A stretch of DNA of 64,000 bases from Bacteroidota bacterium (lineage in GTDB: Bacteria; Bacteroidota; Bacteroidia; Bacteroidales; JAAUTT01): assembly GCA_023429135.1 (NCBI GenBank), contig JAEYWD010000033.1, forward strand, positions 372 through 64,371, written 5' to 3'. The notes below the pieces were generated by a model. The model saw nothing but the letters and a program-made list of their open reading frames with translations, ran no database searches and was not told the origin of the DNA. Below, in pieces: positions 63,401 through 64,000 of the stretch. Both the position numbers and the translations under genes were made by a program. Numbering within the stretch: the stretch's first letter is position 1; the number at the start of each line of letters is the position of its first letter.

Positions 63401-64000
63401 TACTGATAACATTATAGGCAACAACGAAACTTACCTTTGGAACACAGGTTCTTCCAACGATACTATTATTGTTAATCCTTCGACCAATACAACATACACG
63501 GTTACCATCACCGATGCTTTTGGCTGTAAAAAATCAGCTTCCACTTCGGTTACAGTTAATTTAAAACCAGGTGTGAATGCTGGGTCCGATGTAGAAATAT
63601 GTGCCGGTAATACTGTTACTTTAAATGGCAATGGCGATGCTAACACCTGGCTGTGGAGCAATGGTGCAACAACCCTTTCCACTTCCGTTACCCCGGCCAT
63701 TACCACTAGTTATGTTTTGAAAGGAACTTACACAGCTACAGGATGCTATACATTAGATACTGTTAAAGTTACTGTAAACAATTTGCCGGTAACATCTTTC
63801 ACTCTTAACGGAGCGAATAATACACAATTTTGTTCAAACGGGAATTTGGTAACCCTGGCAGGAACTCCGGTAGGTGGCCTTTTTGCCTCATCAGCAGCAA
63901 GCGCAATTTCTGGAAACTTTTTCAATCCTGCTACTGCTGGAGTAGGCACTCATACGATCACCTATACATACACTAATGCTAAGTCGTGCACGGGAATAAA
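60411..64000 (+). CDS. giant repeat-rich cell-surface protein (adhesin-like), 5' part; continues beyond the window
   Basis: The frame is open from the ATG at 60411 to the window end (~1196 codons), so it is not in the ORF track. It has a signal-like N-terminus (MYFFFVLPRLFSSKAFLFLIVLSVLFSSNLDAQ). The body is Cys-paired Ig/PKD-like modules (AG.D..IC.G....L; YTVT.TD..GC). Confidence 0.8.
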   Translation, partial: MYFFFVLPRLFSSKAFLFLIVLSVLFSSNLDAQVSNQDSDYICDNDNNSYTFTTWTNRVGTWVVFKGSGQFSNPASHTNCTISNIGFGENIFYYWDNSFSTTIPEHILTIYNTKVNAGADAAICWPTTSYQLNGSDVSAAFGGGSNGEWTVISGTGTFTNKNDPKTVVSGLSLGANQFRWMGKSLPGGCGNSSDIVQITVTNVAPNAFAGNDQTICPGGSATITAPAGVGYTYLWNTGATTQSITVSPIAAKTTYQVTVTNASNCSATDAVDINVDNVDFYNLSSNATTYCAGGTGVTLSLSGSKTNVSYQLKKNGNNEGSAVAGTGGVLNWTNKTAGTYTVVATNLTNCSEVMNGSVVVTADPLPVAYNLTASSATYCSHTSGVTLNLSSTENGANYQYQLYKNGAIFGAIVEGIGDPISWDNITAGTYSVKTTNTLTTCSSTMTGTPSVTSIVSPTIFKVEGGGVFCETTGGLDVTLDDSEVGVNYQLLKDGFVAGAPKAGSGGVLTWTGNLEGTYTVTATSGGGFCPRTMNSSAIVVKETLPILFNLTANTTGYCTGDAGVTISLSGSQVGVNYQLIKDGVPSGAPVSGDGNPLSWVNNQQGVYKVQATKTSVTCALEMNGSITVVENPLPVQFIIPANLTYCSNTTGATIVLNSSQNGPNYKYQLYKNGIAEGAPVSGTGAPLQWTAKTTGSYTVIATNTTSGCTQSMAGTTTVAVLQAPSVFNISADDYYCQAGAGVSIELANSEGASISYQLYKDGLSDGVPVAGNSGVLTWANKKAGVYTIKATNTGNSCAIPMNGSETVNEVALPAIYNLSGATAYCAGTSGVTLTLSGSQVGINYTLKKGGVAVGTIVGTGAAISWQNVLSGSYTVDAVTSNPIACSVPMNGSVNVNQVGLPAVNAGADVAICYGSSTQLQAAGANTYSWSPAVSLNDPSVANPIATPTSTTLYTVTGTDANGCVNTSQVTVTVRALPNAVASTPTTICNGDKAILTATDNIIGNNETYLWNTGSSNDTIIVNPSTNTTYTVTITDAFGCKKSASTSVTVNLKPGVNAGSDVEICAGNTVTLNGNGDANTWLWSNGATTLSTSVTPAITTSYVLKGTYTATGCYTLDTVKVTVNNLPVTSFTLNGANNTQFCSNGNLVTLAGTPVGGLFASSAASAISGNFFNPATAGVGTHTITYTYTNAKSCTGI
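61242..63107 (+). repeat. seven tandem ~89-aa (~267-nt) coding repeats inside the surface protein
   Basis: Each unit reads LP..(F/Y)NL.....YC....GV(T/S)(L/I).L..S..G..YQL.K.G...G..V.G.G..L.W.N...G.Y.V.ATN....C...MNGS..V. The repeats are diverged at the nucleotide level. Confidence 0.8.

Noticed and set aside
61616-63949. Minus- and plus-strand ORFs (61616..61825, 62509..62775, 62678..62860, 62741..63091, 63431..63706, 63746..63949) inside the surface-protein gene
   Set aside because: One continuous plus-strand frame from 60411 gives coherent Cys-paired repeat modules. The listed ORFs are off-frame or antisense by-products of repetitive Gly/Thr/Val-rich coding sequence.

Overview
A 64-kb chromosomal segment that looks like Bacteroidota: three glycoside hydrolases carry type-A T9SS C-terminal sorting domains, and there are many lipoproteins and OM beta-barrel genes. 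All family calls come from motif recognition by eye; no database search was run. I saw no rRNA, tRNA, CRISPR array, transposase or integrase. Most of the window is housekeeping: folD, ffh, argS, thrB-thrC, icd, dnaX, a UvrD-family helicase and a CoA-transferase. Four accessory regions stand out. (1) 21.9-29.0 kb is the best candidate for an undescribed system. An 832-aa atypical Hsp70 and a 107-aa mini-GrpE-like gene converge, with overlapping stop codons, on a tandem array of three membrane-anchored paralogs. The N-termini of these paralogs resemble a J-domain that lacks HPD. (2) 29.4-41.1 kb is a same-strand stress and dormancy block: NDH-2, YtxH, CsbD, two lmo0937-type miniproteins, DUF892, DUF4142, a Gly-zipper stress protein, a deaminase, two short AraC regulators, topoisomerase IB, Ku and a LigD polymerase. 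It also holds a ligase-like ORF with a degenerate motif I and no OB fold, and an exact 19-26-nt motif present three times. (3) 50.3-57.5 kb is a SusC/D-less cluster of three T9SS-secreted glycoside hydrolases behind a transmembrane protein of unknown function. (4) From 60.4 kb to the window end runs a giant repeat-rich surface protein. Smaller signals are also reported: an A10 run in dnaX with immediate stops in both alternative frames, a G-poor pentamer-repeat tract plus an intrinsic terminator upstream of argS, and word-repeat hairpins bracketing icd-dnaX.
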